Shown in pieces: positions 1-13,912 of a stretch of DNA of 64,000 nt; the stretch's first letter is position 1; every line of letters begins with the position of its first letter. The translations under genes were made by a program, and so were the position numbers. The notes below the pieces were generated by a model, which saw only the letters and a program-made list of their open reading frames with translations, ran no database searches and had not been told where the DNA came from. This DNA comes from Octopus sinensis (Eukaryota), in the NCBI RefSeq assembly GCF_006345805.1, contig NC_043004.1:48236001-48300000 (forward strand), read 5' to 3'.

Positions 1-1195
1 GCCACATTAAAGTCGCAAACCTTTAACAAATTCGTTGGAGGGGAACACTTCCTCGCCAACTTCACTTTCCTTTACTTTTGAACTTTTATGCCGAGGACTG
101 CTAGACGTAACTTCTAAAATCCTTTGGTCTAGCAGTGCTACCAGGACAGGCACGGATGCCTCGAACAGTTTCAGGGCTGTCTGAGATGCATGCAGACAGC
201 CCGGATCCCACTCGCGCAGTATCCGAGCATTAATGACTTGAAGAGTCATGTCAAACATACGTTGTTGTGAATAGAACAGGTCCAGCTATCGGCCGAGTTT
301 ATCGTGAAAATCGCCTCAAAACCCTTTTAATAGGGATGGGAAGGTAATGCTCCTCTGTCTGGGGGTTATGGCGAAAGTGCTTTTTGTGCTGGACGAGACA
401 GAGGATAGAGACGGTTCTCTTCAAGCAAACCCTCGTTATACTTGCAAATCAAAGTGAGAGGCGCTCTTCCCCAGTGGACTTGTCAAATCTGTAACAAGAA
501 CGATTATGATGAACGAAACTTCTGTAAGTATTTGCCTGTAGATGGGAGAAAAACTGTTGGCAGAGAGTAAACTTGGACTTGTAGTGTTACTTGTTTCTCC
601 CAAGAAGACTGTATCATTCATACGCTCATGTTTTAGTATATCATGTATACTTTTCATCTCCTCTCCCTCCACCACCTTTTCTTCACCCTATTTTATGTAA
701 ACATCCACGCAAAGTGTAATCTAACGTGTCCTTTATAAGACGCCCCTGTGGCAAATAAGATAACTTGCCGACAAATTTACATCAAACGGCTGCAATTTTG
801 AGGGACAACTGAAAGTGCACATTCTCAGAAAATATTCTGAATCTACTACACTTTCCGTCCTCAAAATGCATGAGGATAAATATATTTGTGAATTATTAAC
901 ATCACGCTCTGAAGGAAAGAATAAAATAACAGGCGAATTTCATCATTCTTACACAAAACTGTTCGACTAAACTTACTTTTTTTCTTTCTTTCCTTTCCGT
1001 TTTTCCTTTCTTCTTTTTCTTTTTACCAGGTACAAAATTGAAAACTGATGTCATTGTATCAAAATAAGAACGCTGGAGTTGCTCGTTTATATTTTAAATG
1101 TCTTTGTTTCTGCAATTGTTTTCATTTTACATTTTGAACCTGGAAAAACAGACGATCTATTGAAATATCGTTCAAACCGTTAGATAAACAACTTA

Positions 1196-2465
1196 TTCGG
1201 CCATTAAGTATGAAATCTGTAGAAAAGAAACAAAGTTTGCTAATGTTTTATAAATACAAAGAATAGTTTTATTCATCAAAAGTATGCACCCATATTGTCA
1301 ATACACTTTGCCATTTCAGCGGTAGCTTGTCCAACCCGGAACTGTAAAAGCCTAGCAATCTAGAGTCAATAAAATCTTGGAATGCCTGTTTTACAGCATC
1401 GTCGGAATTAAATATTTTTCCTGTCAAAAACTTATCCAAAATTCTGGAAGACGTAGTAGTCAGTGGGGGCAAGATCATGTGAGTATGGTGGGTGATGGAA
1501 AACTTGCAACTCCAACTCCTGTAGTTTCGCCACAGTTATGTTTGCTATGTGTGGTCTGGTGTTGTCCTGCAATAAAATAGAAGTGCATCTGATGACTAAT
1601 CTTTTTTTCTGCATCATTAAGTCCAGTTGGCTGCAGTATATTTCGGCCGTGATTGATGAGCCAGGTTTAATGAAATCATAATGGATCACACCTGCGCCAG
1701 ACCACCAAACACACACCATCACCTTCTTTTGATGAATTTTGCTTTTTGGACTGTTTTGGTGGCTCGTCTTTGTCCAACCGTTGTGCTGAACATTTACGGT
1801 TGTTGTGATGGATCCATTTCTCATCACATGTTACAATTCGATTCAAAAGTGATTCATTTTTGTGAGGAGAAAGTATCATAATGCAGACTTCGAAACGTTG
1901 CTGTTTCTGATTTTCATTGAGTTCATGTGGAACCCACTTATCCGACTTTTTCATTTTACCGATTCAAACTAGGTGAGTCAATATTGTTTGCTTGCTCACA
2001 CCAAACAACAACGATAGTTCACTGGCAATTTGAGATGGATCTGACTCGACGGTGTCTTTCAGTCGTCATTATCCACCTTTGTTTCTGGTCGATCGCGTTA
2101 CTCATTTGTGAGGTCAAAGTTACCAGAACGAAATTTTGCAAACCAAATTGATAGTGTCTGCTGTGTAATGATATTAGAATGAAATACTCCATTAATATTC
2201 CGAGCTGTCTGTGATGCTGTATTTCCAAGAAAGAACTCATATTTTAAAACTGTTCGAATTTCCGACTTATCCATCTCTAAACAAAAAAAAGCAAAAAACA
2301 ATTTATAAATACTTTATAAAGCGCAAAAGGAGTTATAATAAAGAAATAGATGTGTCAGCTTTCTAACGAAAATTAAAGATTGTCAAAATATAATAATGGC
2401 GCAAAATGAGCAGCTATCAAAGTTTACCATATACTTTACAACAAATTTCATACTTGACGACCTAA
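1196..2465 (-). mobile_element. Degenerate full-length mariner (DD34D) DNA transposon
   Basis: Frameshifted ORF pieces carry WVPHEL, IVTCDEKW, LLQDNTRPH and HPPYSHDLAPTDY. Imperfect TIRs: ttcggccattaagtatgaaatctgt versus ttaggtcgtcaagtatgaaatttgt (reverse complement of right end). Flanked by TA; about 1.27 kb. Confidence 0.93.
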
Positions 2466-2749
2466 TATTACAAATCACATCGAACTCATTTTATTGTCTA
2501 TTTAACTTCGGGAAGAGTTACTTCAATCTTTATGAAATATTTTTTTTGTTGTTGTTTATGTTGTAGGTTAAGTTGGATTTGATTTTAAAAAGCAATGAGA
2601 GACTTACCCTCAAATTTGACAGCAAAGGTACAAATAATACAAGCTGGTTCCACCCAAAGAAATCCATAACAACGCTATTTGAAAATTATCCAAATAGTTT
2701 CAACAAAACAAGCATTGTTTAACACGTAATTGAATTTCTTTACATTATT

Positions 2750-3670
2750 CTCACAGCTCAGAGTTGTAGTTCGCAGAACCGACAGAGCATAGAACTGCTG
2801 ACCAAAGAGTCAATATCTCGAATCTACTAACCGCAACTTCTTTATTGTTGGTGCCCCCATCAACCCTCAAGTATTGTAAACTTACAATCAGTGCATCCCA
2901 ACTGAAACCAACTAATCTTCTGTTCGGCTGTCGGAAATAATTGATAACATTAGATTCTCCAATATCTCTGTCTATAAGGCTTTTGAAACTGCTATTTCTA
3001 GCAAATCGTACAACCACATAGATTATCCCTGGATGAGATTTTACGTAGAGATTCCTTGGATGATATCTGAATATACGAATAGATATATCCATATCAGTTA
3101 TATCCATGAAAGTTGGAATGTATGTGGGAAGTATGTTGGTCCTCTATAATTACATGGTTATTGACGTATCTACTTTCGACATATTTTGGCATTAGAAATA
3201 TTTTCTTTTGCTCTTACTTATAAATTGTTTATAAATTTAACCTTTAAAGGTATTTTCTAATATGCTGGCCATTCATAGAATTTTTTTTGAAAAATTTTAT
3301 CCTACATTAGATGCTAACTTAATAGTATTCACTTCCGGACTCTCTCACTTTACGAGAGTTTTTTGTTCGAATCGCACGTGGCTCGAGATGGGCTAGAGAG
3401 TTTCTATTTTGGATATATTTGGGGTACTTAATTGTGCTCATGACTTAGTGTTCGCTTCTTCTATGGGTATAAGTAAGTATTTCACTTATTTCTTTGCCGC
3501 ATTTATCACTGATGAAGGGAAGGTTCTTATGAACTAACTCTGAAATCGGGTCCGATCTTGGAAATACGTGCTTGTAGTGATAAATTACATGGTTATTGAT
3601 GTAGTGTCTATTTTTGGCATATTTTGACATTAGAAACGTTTTCTTTTGCCCTTACTTATAAATTATAGAG
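2750..3670 (-). mobile_element. Possible highly decayed Penelope-like relic with an ~85-bp direct repeat (3146-3230 / 3583-3665)
   Basis: Minus-strand peptides LPFISDKC and GIIY...IGES weakly resemble PLE linker and GIY-YIG motifs. The direct repeat is seen directly. Confidence 0.3.
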
Positions 3671-4220
3671 GAAAGACGTGTTTGCTTTTGCTCTGTGAAA
3701 AAACAAAAAGGTTTGCATAAATCGACGAAATAATCTACTAAAAGTAACAAAACGTAGAACTTTTTAACTCATAAAGTCTACTAAAATACATTAATTAAAA
3801 ATATATCACTTAAAAACATAATATATTTTGCTTGAAGCCAAATATAATACAGTAAAGTTAGTTACGCATGCTAGAATCTTCGCCGAAAATGCACGTGGTG
3901 GCAAGTCTTTAATTTATCTCCAGCCAAAACTAAGAAGGAAAAAGAATTATTTTCTTTTCTGTTGTGAAAAAAACTTCTTCGTACAAGCACGAGGGTTTGG
4001 ACTGTACCTTTTATGATAAGTATTGTTTTCATATTTTTGTTTATTATTTTTTTATTTCCTTTAATGTAAGCTAACATCTCAGTTACGATTTACGACGCCA
4101 TCTTTGTTTACATTCTGAGAATAACTTTCTTTCAATTTCTGTTTCGCTTTCATATGTTTATTTTCCCGTAATTAGTTTAGAATTAAATAATTCCTTTGTT
4201 TCCTCACTTTCTTCTACCTC

Positions 4221-4259
<39 letters not shown>

Positions 4260-4284
4260 CATACATATATATATATATATATAT

Positions 4285-4353
<69 letters not shown>

Positions 4354-4528
4354 GCGAACATTAGAAGTATAGTCGCAATTAGTTTAGTTTACATTCTTTA
4401 ATAATCTTTCGGTCTCTGTTTCAGCTCCGTTACATCTCTCTAAAATTATTCAATTTTAGATAGGGATATATTTATTTGTTACTTTATATATATATATTAT
4501 ATATATATATATATATTATATATATATA

Positions 4529-4559
<31 letters not shown>

Positions 4560-4699
4560 CCCATCCCCTCAATCTCCCTAAATATATAGACGCGAACATT
4601 AGAAGTATAGTCGCAATTAGTTTAGTTTAGAAGAAAACGTTTGTAGCTACGGTCAGGTATATATATTTATAATTTACATCCTGTTAGAAATCTTTAATT

Positions 4700-7600
4700 T
4701 TCTATTTCAGCTTTCCTGTTAATAATCTTTCATTTTCTTAATCTTTCATTTTCTATTTCAGCTTCGTAACATCCTCTCTTTCTTTTCTTTCTCTCTCTGT
4801 CTCTTCACTTCTCTCTATCACACCATCTTTCTTCTCTCAGCCGTTCAATCTTTCCTTGTCTCTTCACTTCTCCACTTCTCTCTGTCACACCATCTTTCCT
4901 CTCTCAGCCTCTCAATTTTTCTAAATATATAGTCGCGAACTTTCCTCTCTTACTCTCTCCTTATCTTCTCTCAGCTCTCAATCTCTCAAAATACATAGAC
5001 ACTTTCTTCCTCTATTTCTTCTCTACCCTGTATCACACTATTAAATTTTAAATATAATTAGATAGATAAATAAATAAAATATCCAAAATGTCCAGAACCT
5101 GGAGATGTAACGAATTGGCGTTGTTCCTGAGAGCCTGGCAATACACCGACGGAGATAATCCGAAGAACATAATTACAGCTGCGCTGAAGAGCAGTGGATA
5201 TAAAAGGACAATAGCTCAGATAGAACGAAAGAAGCAGGAGTTTATACGCTCCTATGCACTCATAAAGTCTCACATTGGCACGCTTGATGCCATCGTTGAC
5301 AGCGAACAAATTAAAGATGGCAAGGATGGAGACGCGGGTGCTGATGAAAGAAGTCACCCCCACTTGGTAGACACCCAGGAAGAAGATTCAAGTGAGAAAC
5401 CTGCCCGGGAAGTAAACCCAAGTGCAAGTGCTCCTACCAGCACCAAAAGCCAATGAGATGAAAGAGCCAAAAAAGAAATAAAAGGAGGAAAAACTAAAAG
5501 AAAAACAAAAGATGAAACAGCCAAAGAAGGAAAAACTAAAACTCAAACAAAACCAAAAAATGAAACAGCCAAGGATAGAAGCAATCCTGACTATCCATGT
5601 ACCAAAAAGGATGGAAACAGACAGCGCACACGGGTATGTAGGTTCTACCTGAGAGGTGTCTGCTGGCATGGAGAGGAAGGTGCAGGCTGCCGTTTTGCAC
5701 ATCGGGGACCCTGCCGCAGAAACACGAAACAGGTGAGAAACCAACTACCAAAAGGAAAACGGATGGGCCACACACCACTTGCCCCAAAACGGAGGTACGC
5801 CAACGTGTTATTGAAAGGGCAGCTTCTGAACAAGATTGTACAGCAGCTAACCTGGCTACATCAAACTCAAACTCGCAGATGGGACACACTAATTGTACAT
5901 ATAAGGCAACTTGGTGTAGTTATATGTGCTACATATCGCCCTCCAGATGCCCCAAGCCATGTAGGCAAGTTTGAAGACTGCCTTATAAAAATAGAAGTTC
6001 TAGTCACATTAGAACAACACATAAGTGTACTTCTTATGGGAGACTTCAATCTACCCAATGTCAGATGGCCCGATGGCCTTTCTCTCCCAGGAATGACACG
6101 ATGTGAACGAGGACAGGCGAGGTCCCTCCTGAACCTCATCAACACTCTGTGCATGGAGCAAGTAATACTCCAACCAACCAGGGCAGGTAACATACTGGAT
6201 CTCTGCTTCACAAATAATATGGATCTTATCCATAATGTGAAAGTGACACCGACACAACTCTCGGATCACAACATGGTAGAGCTGACCATGTACGGGCCAA
6301 AGGAAAGCATGGATATGCAGCCTACAAGAAACTCTCAGAATTTTTCCAGCTTGAACTTCCATAAGGCAAACTGGAAACAAATTGAGAAAGAGATCCTCAA
6401 ACAAAACTGGCCTGAATGTCTATCCTCGCCAGACATCGACATGAAACATCAACAATTCGTGTCTGTAATGCAAGCCATATGCTACAAATGTGTCCCAGAG
6501 ATAAAGGCCACTGTACACAAGAGCAAAATCCCCAGAGAGAGGAAAATTCTAATGAGACGGCGTACAAAAGTTTCAAATCGCATAAACAAACAAACTGAAA
6601 GCAGTGAAAAGTCCCGCCTGAAAATAAAACTGTTGGAAATTGAAAAATGTTTGCAACTCTCCCATGAAAAAGAAAGAGCAGACAAAGAAGCCTGGGCTAT
6701 AGACAACATAAAATCTGACCCCAAAGCTTTCTACAGGTATGCCAAAGAAACAGCTACGGTGCACTGTAGGATAGGGCCACTCCTTTAAAAGGATGGCACA
6801 CTCACAGGAAATCCAATGAGGGTAAGTGAAATACTAAATGAGCAATTCAAGAGTATTTTCACTCCACCCCTTGGGCATTTTCAAGTTAGCAATCCAACTA
6901 ACTTCTTTACCACAGCAGATATAAAATCGGAGGCAGCAATGATTGATTACATCAATATAAAGGAAGACGATGTAATAAAAGCTATTGATGAAATAAAAAC
7001 AAACTCAGCTACTGGCCCAGATGGATTCCCAGCAATCCTTCTAAAAGTATGTAAGAGAGTCCTAGCAAGATCCCTGCAGTTCCTCTTTCAGAGCTTCCTT
7101 ACAACTGGCAAACTTCCAAGAAAACTGAAGGAAGGTAAAATATGCCCTATTCATAAAGGAGGTAGCAGAGCGGAGGCCAAGAACTACAGACCTATCTCTC
7201 TGACCTCACACATCAGCAAGGTCATGGAACAAAGAGTCAGAAGGAAACTAATCACCTTTCTTGAAGAAAATGACTTGCTGCCTGACACCCAACATGGTTT
7301 CCGACCAGGAAGAAGCTGCTTAACTCAGCTCCTACAACACTATGACTGGGTGCTGAAACGACTGCTCAACCACTCAAATGTGGAAGTCATATATCTCGAC
7401 TTTACAAAGGCCTTTGATAAAGTCGATCATGGAATGCTATGTCACAAACTGCGTGATCTTGGCATAGTTGGAAAATTGGGAGAGTGGCTTCATGACTTTC
7501 TGAATGATAGAAGTCAGGTGGTAGTAGCCAATGGGACCACTTCCACTAACACGCAAATAGTGAGCGGTGTTCCGCGGGGCACTGTTTTGGAACCACTACT

Positions 7601-8375
7601 GTTCATAATGACCCTCTCAGACATGCCCTCAGCCACGCAGAGAGCCACGATCACAAGTTATGCAGATGATACAAAAGTTTCACAGGCAATACAGAACCCT
7701 GAAGACACTAAGCACCTGCAATGTGAGCTGGACAAAATATACAAGTGGACTGAAAAGAATAGCATGCAGTTCAATGCTGAAAAGTTTCAAGCTCTATGCT
7801 ATCAGCACGATAACAGCGATCCAACGAAGCTACACGAAGAAGATAGCCTCTGTGCAGCATATAAGCTATTGAGAAAGACTCAAGAGATTGAGACTCTATT
7901 CCTTAGAGCGTAGGCGAGAAAGATATGCCATAATATACATCTGGAAGATCCTAGAAGAACTTGTCCCAAACTTTGGCATCGAGAGTTACACAAATGCCAG
8001 AACTGGGCGCCACTGCATAGTGCCAAGGACTCCAAATTTGCCATCAAGATGTAGGACAAGATATTGTGATAGCCTGGGCTTCCGAGGCCCACAGCTCTTC
8101 AATATCCTCCCGAAGAACCTAAGAGACCTGCATAGGGTGGATGCAGATGTCTTTAAAATGAAACTGGATCTCTTCTTGTCAGGTATCCCAGATGAACCAA
8201 CTTCACGGCAGGAGGTGCAGATGAGGGCAGCTGCATCGAACTCTCTCATGTACCAAATGACAATTGCTAAAAAGCATTCGTGAAGTAAAATCATGTAGCA
8301 ACACCAAATGGCGGTGCCCCAGCATGGCCACAGCTTGTGAGCTGAAACTAGATAAATAAAAAAATAAAAAAATAA
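4700..8375 (+). mobile_element. CR1/L2-group LINE, internally deleted and inactive (ORF1 part with CCCH finger, APE endonuclease, RT)
   Basis: One frame from 5088 to ~7810 with two nonsense codons (5454, 6786). APE motifs YRPP, MGDFNLP, LDLCFT, SDH. RT motifs NYRPISL, QHGFR, YLDFTKAFD, GVPRG, YADD. C-terminal LYSLERRRERY. A-rich tail at ~8350-8375. The 5' boundary (CT-rich UTR-like repeats) is approximate. Confidence 0.92.
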
Positions 8376-8379
8376 ATAT

Positions 8380-8492
<113 letters not shown>

Positions 8493-9112
8493 GTATGTAT
8501 GTATGTATGTATATATATGTGTGTATGTGTATGTGTGTGTGTGGTTTTTGAAGCAAGCTTCTTGCCACACACCCACGACTCGGCAGTCCCAAAACAACTA
8601 AAAATCGAACTTGGATCGATTCTATCATTGTATTCGATGCAAAAACAAATAAACAACACGAACACAATTGATAACATCATTACAAAAATGACCACTCGGA
8701 CATCTTATATTATCAGCAAGTTCATTTTTCTTTCACGCCTCTTTTTCTTGAACCGACACAAACTCAAGGTAGAATTCTTGCCATTTGCGTCTAGTAGTGG
8801 TGCTCGCTTTTAACTCGTGTCTGTAGCTGTCAAGACAAGGACTGATGACGTCAACGATGACAGTTGTTAAAATCACACAGTTATGTCTATTGCCATGCTT
8901 GATCACACCAATATCCCATACAAACTTTGGACTATTCTTATTAGGTGTAAACATCTCTTTATCGTTCGAAGTAACAACATGAATGTTTGATAACGTATTT
9001 TTTGTTTGTTTGTTTTGGTTTTTTTTTTTTTTGGGTTTTTGTTTTTGGTTTTTGGTTTTTAGCATTTGACATATCTACGAAATTTGTGTTCTTTTTATCG
9101 ACTTCGCCTCAA

Positions 9113-9579
9113 GCGTAGAAGCGGCTGTGCAGTAAGTAGCTTGCTTACGAACCACATGGTTCCGGGTTCAGTCCCACTGCGTGACACCTTGGGTAAGTGT
9201 CTTCTACTATAGCCTCGGGCCGACCAAAGCCTTGTGAGTGTCTTCTACTATAGCCTCGGGCCGACCAAAGCCTTGTGAGTGGATTTGGTAGACGGAAACT
9301 GAAAAGAAGCCCGTCGTATATATGTATATGTATATATATATATGTGTGTGTGCGTGCTTGTGTGTCTGTGTTTGTCCACCCAACATCGCTTGACAATCGA
9401 TACTGGTGTGTTTACGTCCCGGTAACTTAGCGGTTCGGCAAAAAAAGAGACCGATAAAATAAGTACTAGGCTTACAAAGAATAAGTCCTTGGGTCGATAT
9501 GATTGACTAAAGGCGGTGCTCCAGAATGGCCACAGTCACATGACTGAAACAAGTAAAAGAGTAAAAGAGTAAAGAGTAA
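9113..9579 (+). mobile_element. tRNA-derived SINE family A, full length, with an internal ~42-bp duplication
   Basis: A/B-box-like head (gctgtgcagtaag...ggttcagtccc), central (TA)/(TG) tract, tail ggcggtgctccagaatggccacagtcacatgactgaaac(agtaaaag)n. Many copies in the window. Confidence 0.9.
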
Positions 9580-9845
9580 GCAAATCATCACACTGTTGAT
9601 TATCAAAATTCAGAAAATATCTCACCGTTGCATAACATAACCAGTGTGCGGAACGTATACTTATTTTATATAAGATAAAAACAATCACATTTATAGCAGC
9701 TGAGATCAACCGAACATTTCTACGGTGTGCTTCAGCTACTCTTTCTGAAATACTTAAGTCACTTCTTAAAAGTACAATATAAGTACATGCGAACGCGGCA
9801 TAAGGAAGAATCAGTGCATGTAATAAAATAAGGGATTTCATTAGT

Positions 9846-10198
9846 TTTCGTCTGCCATTACGTTCTGAGTTCAAATTCCGCCGAGGTCCACTTTGCCTTT
9901 CATCGTTTCGGGTTCGATAAATTAAGTACCAGTTACGCACTGGGGTCGATGTAATCGACTTAATCCCTTTGTCTGTCCTTGTTTGTCCCCTCTGTGTTTA
10001 GCCCCTTGTGGTCAATAAAGAGATAGGTATTTACATTCCGTGTTCAAATTCCGCCGAGGTCGACTTTGCCTTTCATCCTTTCGGGGTCGATAAATTAAGT
10101 ACCAGTTACGCACTGGGGTCGATGTAATCGACTTAATCCCTTTGTCTGTCCTTGTTTGTCCCCTCTGTGTTTAGACCCTTATGGGTAGTAAAGAAATA
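9846..10198 (+). mobile_element. SINE family B, head-truncated tandem dimer
   Basis: Two copies of gttcaaattccgccgagg...gcctttcatcctttcggggtcgataaattaagtaccag plus tail. The core resembles the Meta/MESC SINE domain (from memory, not searched). Confidence 0.85.
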
Positions 10199-10856
10199 TA
10201 TTTATGTTCTCTTTAAAAAATTATGGAATATCATTCTCGTTACTTTGGGTCAATTTACATTCATTTTTTTAAAAACCCTAAGCTACATGTTAACTCTTTG
10301 CAAAAACTGAATAGTTTCCGACATTCTGAAGATATATACAACGAAAACGTAGCCATATTTTTGTTAGGTGGCAACAACGTTTTTGCCTTGTATTCATAAA
10401 ACTATAATTGTACTAACTTTTCTTAATAGATTGCGTAAGAAAATTCCAAATTAATGCAAATAAATTTTGATATATGGATTTGGCCAGTAACAAGAAATAT
10501 TGCCCTTAAATGCACCGTAAAATGATATTCACGTGAAAAAATATATAGATAGAAGGCCATTAACTCTTCCATGCTGTAGCAGAGTTACGTCCCTTAGCAA
10601 AATCTTTTTTTTTTTATTACTGTAATAATAATCTTGTGTGTTTCTGTTTTTTGGGGGGTGGGGTCAAGATATATGAATGAGAAAATAAGAAGTGATAGAT
10701 GAATAAGGAAGAAAGGGGTGATGGCAAACTTGGGAGCGGTTGATGAAAATTCTACGGTGAAGGAAAAATCAGCCAGCGTTTCAGCTCTGTGTGAGTATAT
10801 GTGTATGTATGTAAAAGGGAGGTATGTGAATGTGTGTGTGTGTGTGTGTGTGTGTT

Positions 10857-10950
<94 letters not shown>

Positions 10951-11289
10951 GTGTGTGTGTGTGTGTGTGTGTGTGTGCAATCGAAGTGAGATGGTGAACG
11001 TTCAACGCTGAAAAGAATATCAAACAGCGTTTCAACTCTGTGTGAGTATATGTGTGTATGTGTGTACATGTACAAGGAAAGTATGTGAATGTACGTGTGA
11101 ACCAGCTTTCTTTCAGTAACAAGCGATGATCGATGTCACATCTCAAAAGAAAACCACTAAATAACATTGACAAGTGCATTAATTGTGACAAGTGCATTAA
11201 TATAGATTTACCATCCATATTCTATCTGTTTTGTTAAAAAATAATTATTACAATCAAACACACCGACACAAACATATACCCAAAACTCG

Positions 11290-12215
11290 ACATAAATCCG
11301 TTAATCCATTAATCGTTAATTAACGAAGTTAACATTTTCGTTAACGATTTAACTTTAAGTTAACTTTGGAAATCATTATCGGACTTATTAATTTCCGTTA
11401 TATTTAGCTTCCGTTAACTCAAGACCGTTAACCCCAAAATTTCATAAGTTTTAAAAGTTTCTATTGTTTTCAGATTGTCTTGGCATATTTAATATTGTAC
11501 GTGTCATTCTTTCAGCCTTTTTTAGGCCTTTTAAAATTTTAAACCATAAAATCAGCATTTTTAACTCTAAAGCAAAAAAAAACTGTAGTTTTGGGGTTCT
11601 AAAGCCCTCAAAAAAGATTTTATAATTTTGGCACTATGTAACCCTTACCGACCAAAACCTGGCAAGGGTTACATAGCTCCCTCTACGAAATCTTTTAAGA
11701 AGACAAACAAATCACGTTTGTGAATTCTCGTAACTCTGAGATAATATGGGTTTTTTTTTCTTCCAGAAAGCACAGAACTGGGAGAAAAGCAAAATGAACT
11801 GAGGTGGATGTCAACAGAGAAAATATTGACTTCCATAAAGTGGAAAAAATATATGGAAGGAAAAACGTTGGTAAATATGTCGGTGTGAACGCCAATAGCT
11901 GTTACGTGGTAGCAGGGCATGCTAGAAATAACGGCCAAATCTTTCCTTTTCTGGAAAAAAGAACCGTTTACGCGTGATTTCGATGTCACATTCGTTGAAA
12001 GCATTCAAAATATCCTGGAAAAAAAAATAAAACCGCGAAACAAAACTCCCTTAATGGGAAATTTCGAGGTCCCCACCACCCCTCCCACCTTTCTTTTCCG
12101 GAAAAAAGGTGACTTGCGGCGGGTTTGGCGGTCAGATACGTTGAATGCACTTGAAAAAAAAATCTGGAAAAGAATTATTACACACCGTTGTACGAAATAT
12201 TTACTGAAAGAATAA
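11290..12215. repeat. Dispersed non-coding repeat; related rearranged copy at ~29340-29660
   Basis: Shared blocks gttacgtggtagcagggcatgct.gaaata and tttacgcgtgatttcga...cacattcgttgaaagcat, the second inverted in the 29.4-kb copy. Boundaries approximate. Confidence 0.55.
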
Positions 12216-12835
12216 AATCTTGTACCGATTATGCTTGTATTTTAATTAATTCGCGTTAATGTACCTCATCTTGTAAAGTTGCAAAATTTTTTTCGGTTGC
12301 CATCTGGGATCATTTTAGTAACAAATCAAACAGGTAAGTTGCATTAAGAATTTCAATTTTAGTGTTTATCAATATAATGTTATTGCTTTTACACCTGTTG
12401 ATTAAATTTACCTGCCCATAAAAGTCAAATTTACTCAGTAAGATCAGCTAAAATTACATAACTATAAACCAGTAGTATTTAAAGCACCCACTGACAAAAT
12501 TTCAAATCTGTGAAAAATTTATAAAGTTATAAGCAAATATTGTGGACACCCCTCTTAAACCTGAATAATTCAAAACCAACTGAACCCGTGAAAACTTTAC
12601 GGAAAACATAAAAAATATAAGCATCTGTAAATTATGGGCTGGTGCCATGAGAAATGTTTCTATATTGTGATACAGAATATAGAAAGAAGTGTAAAACCAA
12701 TGACTATATAATCCAGCCAAAATATTTCAGTTACGCAAACGTAAACAGAATTACTATTTAGCCTTAAAATACATCGTATATATTCAAAGAACCTTCTTGG
12801 TTTAGTGGTACGGAACGTTCATCTGGCATTCTATT

Positions 12836-13122
12836 ATTCTTTTACTTACTTCAGCCTTTTGCTCGAAGAAATCGACCCTTGGACTTATTCCTTGTAAGTC
12901 TGGTGCTTATTTTATCAGCCCCCTCCTCCTCTGTCGAACAGCTAAGTTACGGAGACGCAAACGAATCGACATCGGTTGTGAAGTGATGGTGGCGGGAGGA
13001 CAAACACAGACACAAACACACACATAAATATATACATGTGTGTGTATGACGGGTTTCTTTCAGTTTCCGTCTATGAAATCCACTCACGAGATTTGGTCGC
13101 CCCGAGGCTATAGTAGAAACAC
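12836..13122 (-). mobile_element. SINE family A, partial diverged copy
   Basis: Reverse-complement match to the family A body and tail. Confidence 0.8.
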
Positions 13123-13614
13123 CCTTTAAATTATAGAGTTGAATTTCATATAGCCGCCTGTTGGCAACTTTTCTCCCCCACCCATTTTGTAGGAGTTATT
13201 ACCCATTTTTCTGGGCTCTTTTCACAGCTATACCCCATTCGAAATTTGCATTAGTTTTAGTATGAAAAAAAAGGAAGAGAGGTGGAACTTGTTTGTAGTT
13301 TGAAGAGGAAACGTTAAACGTGCCAGAAAAAAACATGGTATTTCCTCCCAACTATAAGACATGAAGAACTATAAAAGAAGGCGAATAAGTACAGGAGGTG
13401 GGGGGAAGAAGAGAGAACTAACAGTCGATCGTTCTAGAACTCCCAGAATGAGAACATAAACACCCGAAAGACTTTCCCTCTATTCATTACTAAATGTCTT
13501 TCTCTCTTCTTCATTAATAAAAGTAAAGAAGCGAGAAAAGATTTGTCGTATTTCAGTCTAATTGTCACTGTCTCTGTTTCTATTGCTTCACTCCTTTTCT
13601 TTACGGTTAAGAGA

Positions 13615-13912
13615 GTGAAGATGCGTGGCCCAGTGGTTAGGGATATTTGGCCCACGATCATAAAGTCATGAATACGATGCTCTGTGACGTGCTGTGTACT
13701 CTACTTCCCCTTGCTGCAGTCCACTGAGATGGCAAAAATGAGTTGTAGCTGTAATTCAAAGAGGCCAGCCTTGTCACTTTTGTGTGAGGTTGGATCTTCC
13801 TGAGAACTACGTTATGGCATGCCTGTCTGTGGAGTACTCAGCCACTTGCGCGTTAATTTTACGAGCAGACTGTTCTGTTGATCATATAAAGAAGATCCTC
13901 GTCGTCGTTAGC
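13615..13912 (+). mobile_element. SINE family C, diverged copy; a fragment also at ~14200-14345
   Basis: tRNA-like head (tggcccagtggttaggg) and the body gagaactacgtta...gtggagtactcagccac shared with 37543-37930. Confidence 0.7.

Noticed and set aside
7-740. Short minus-strand ORFs (7-258, 436-675), a TATA-like motif near 735 and a 10-bp hairpin at ~174-202
   Set aside because: No recognisable domain, in-frame stops upstream and cut by the window edge; a gene cannot be supported.
4080-4700. Short duplicated blocks (e.g. agacgcgaacattagaagtatagtcgcaattagtttagttt at ~4350 and ~4588)
   Set aside because: Most simply LINE 5'-UTR or microsatellite-associated local duplication.
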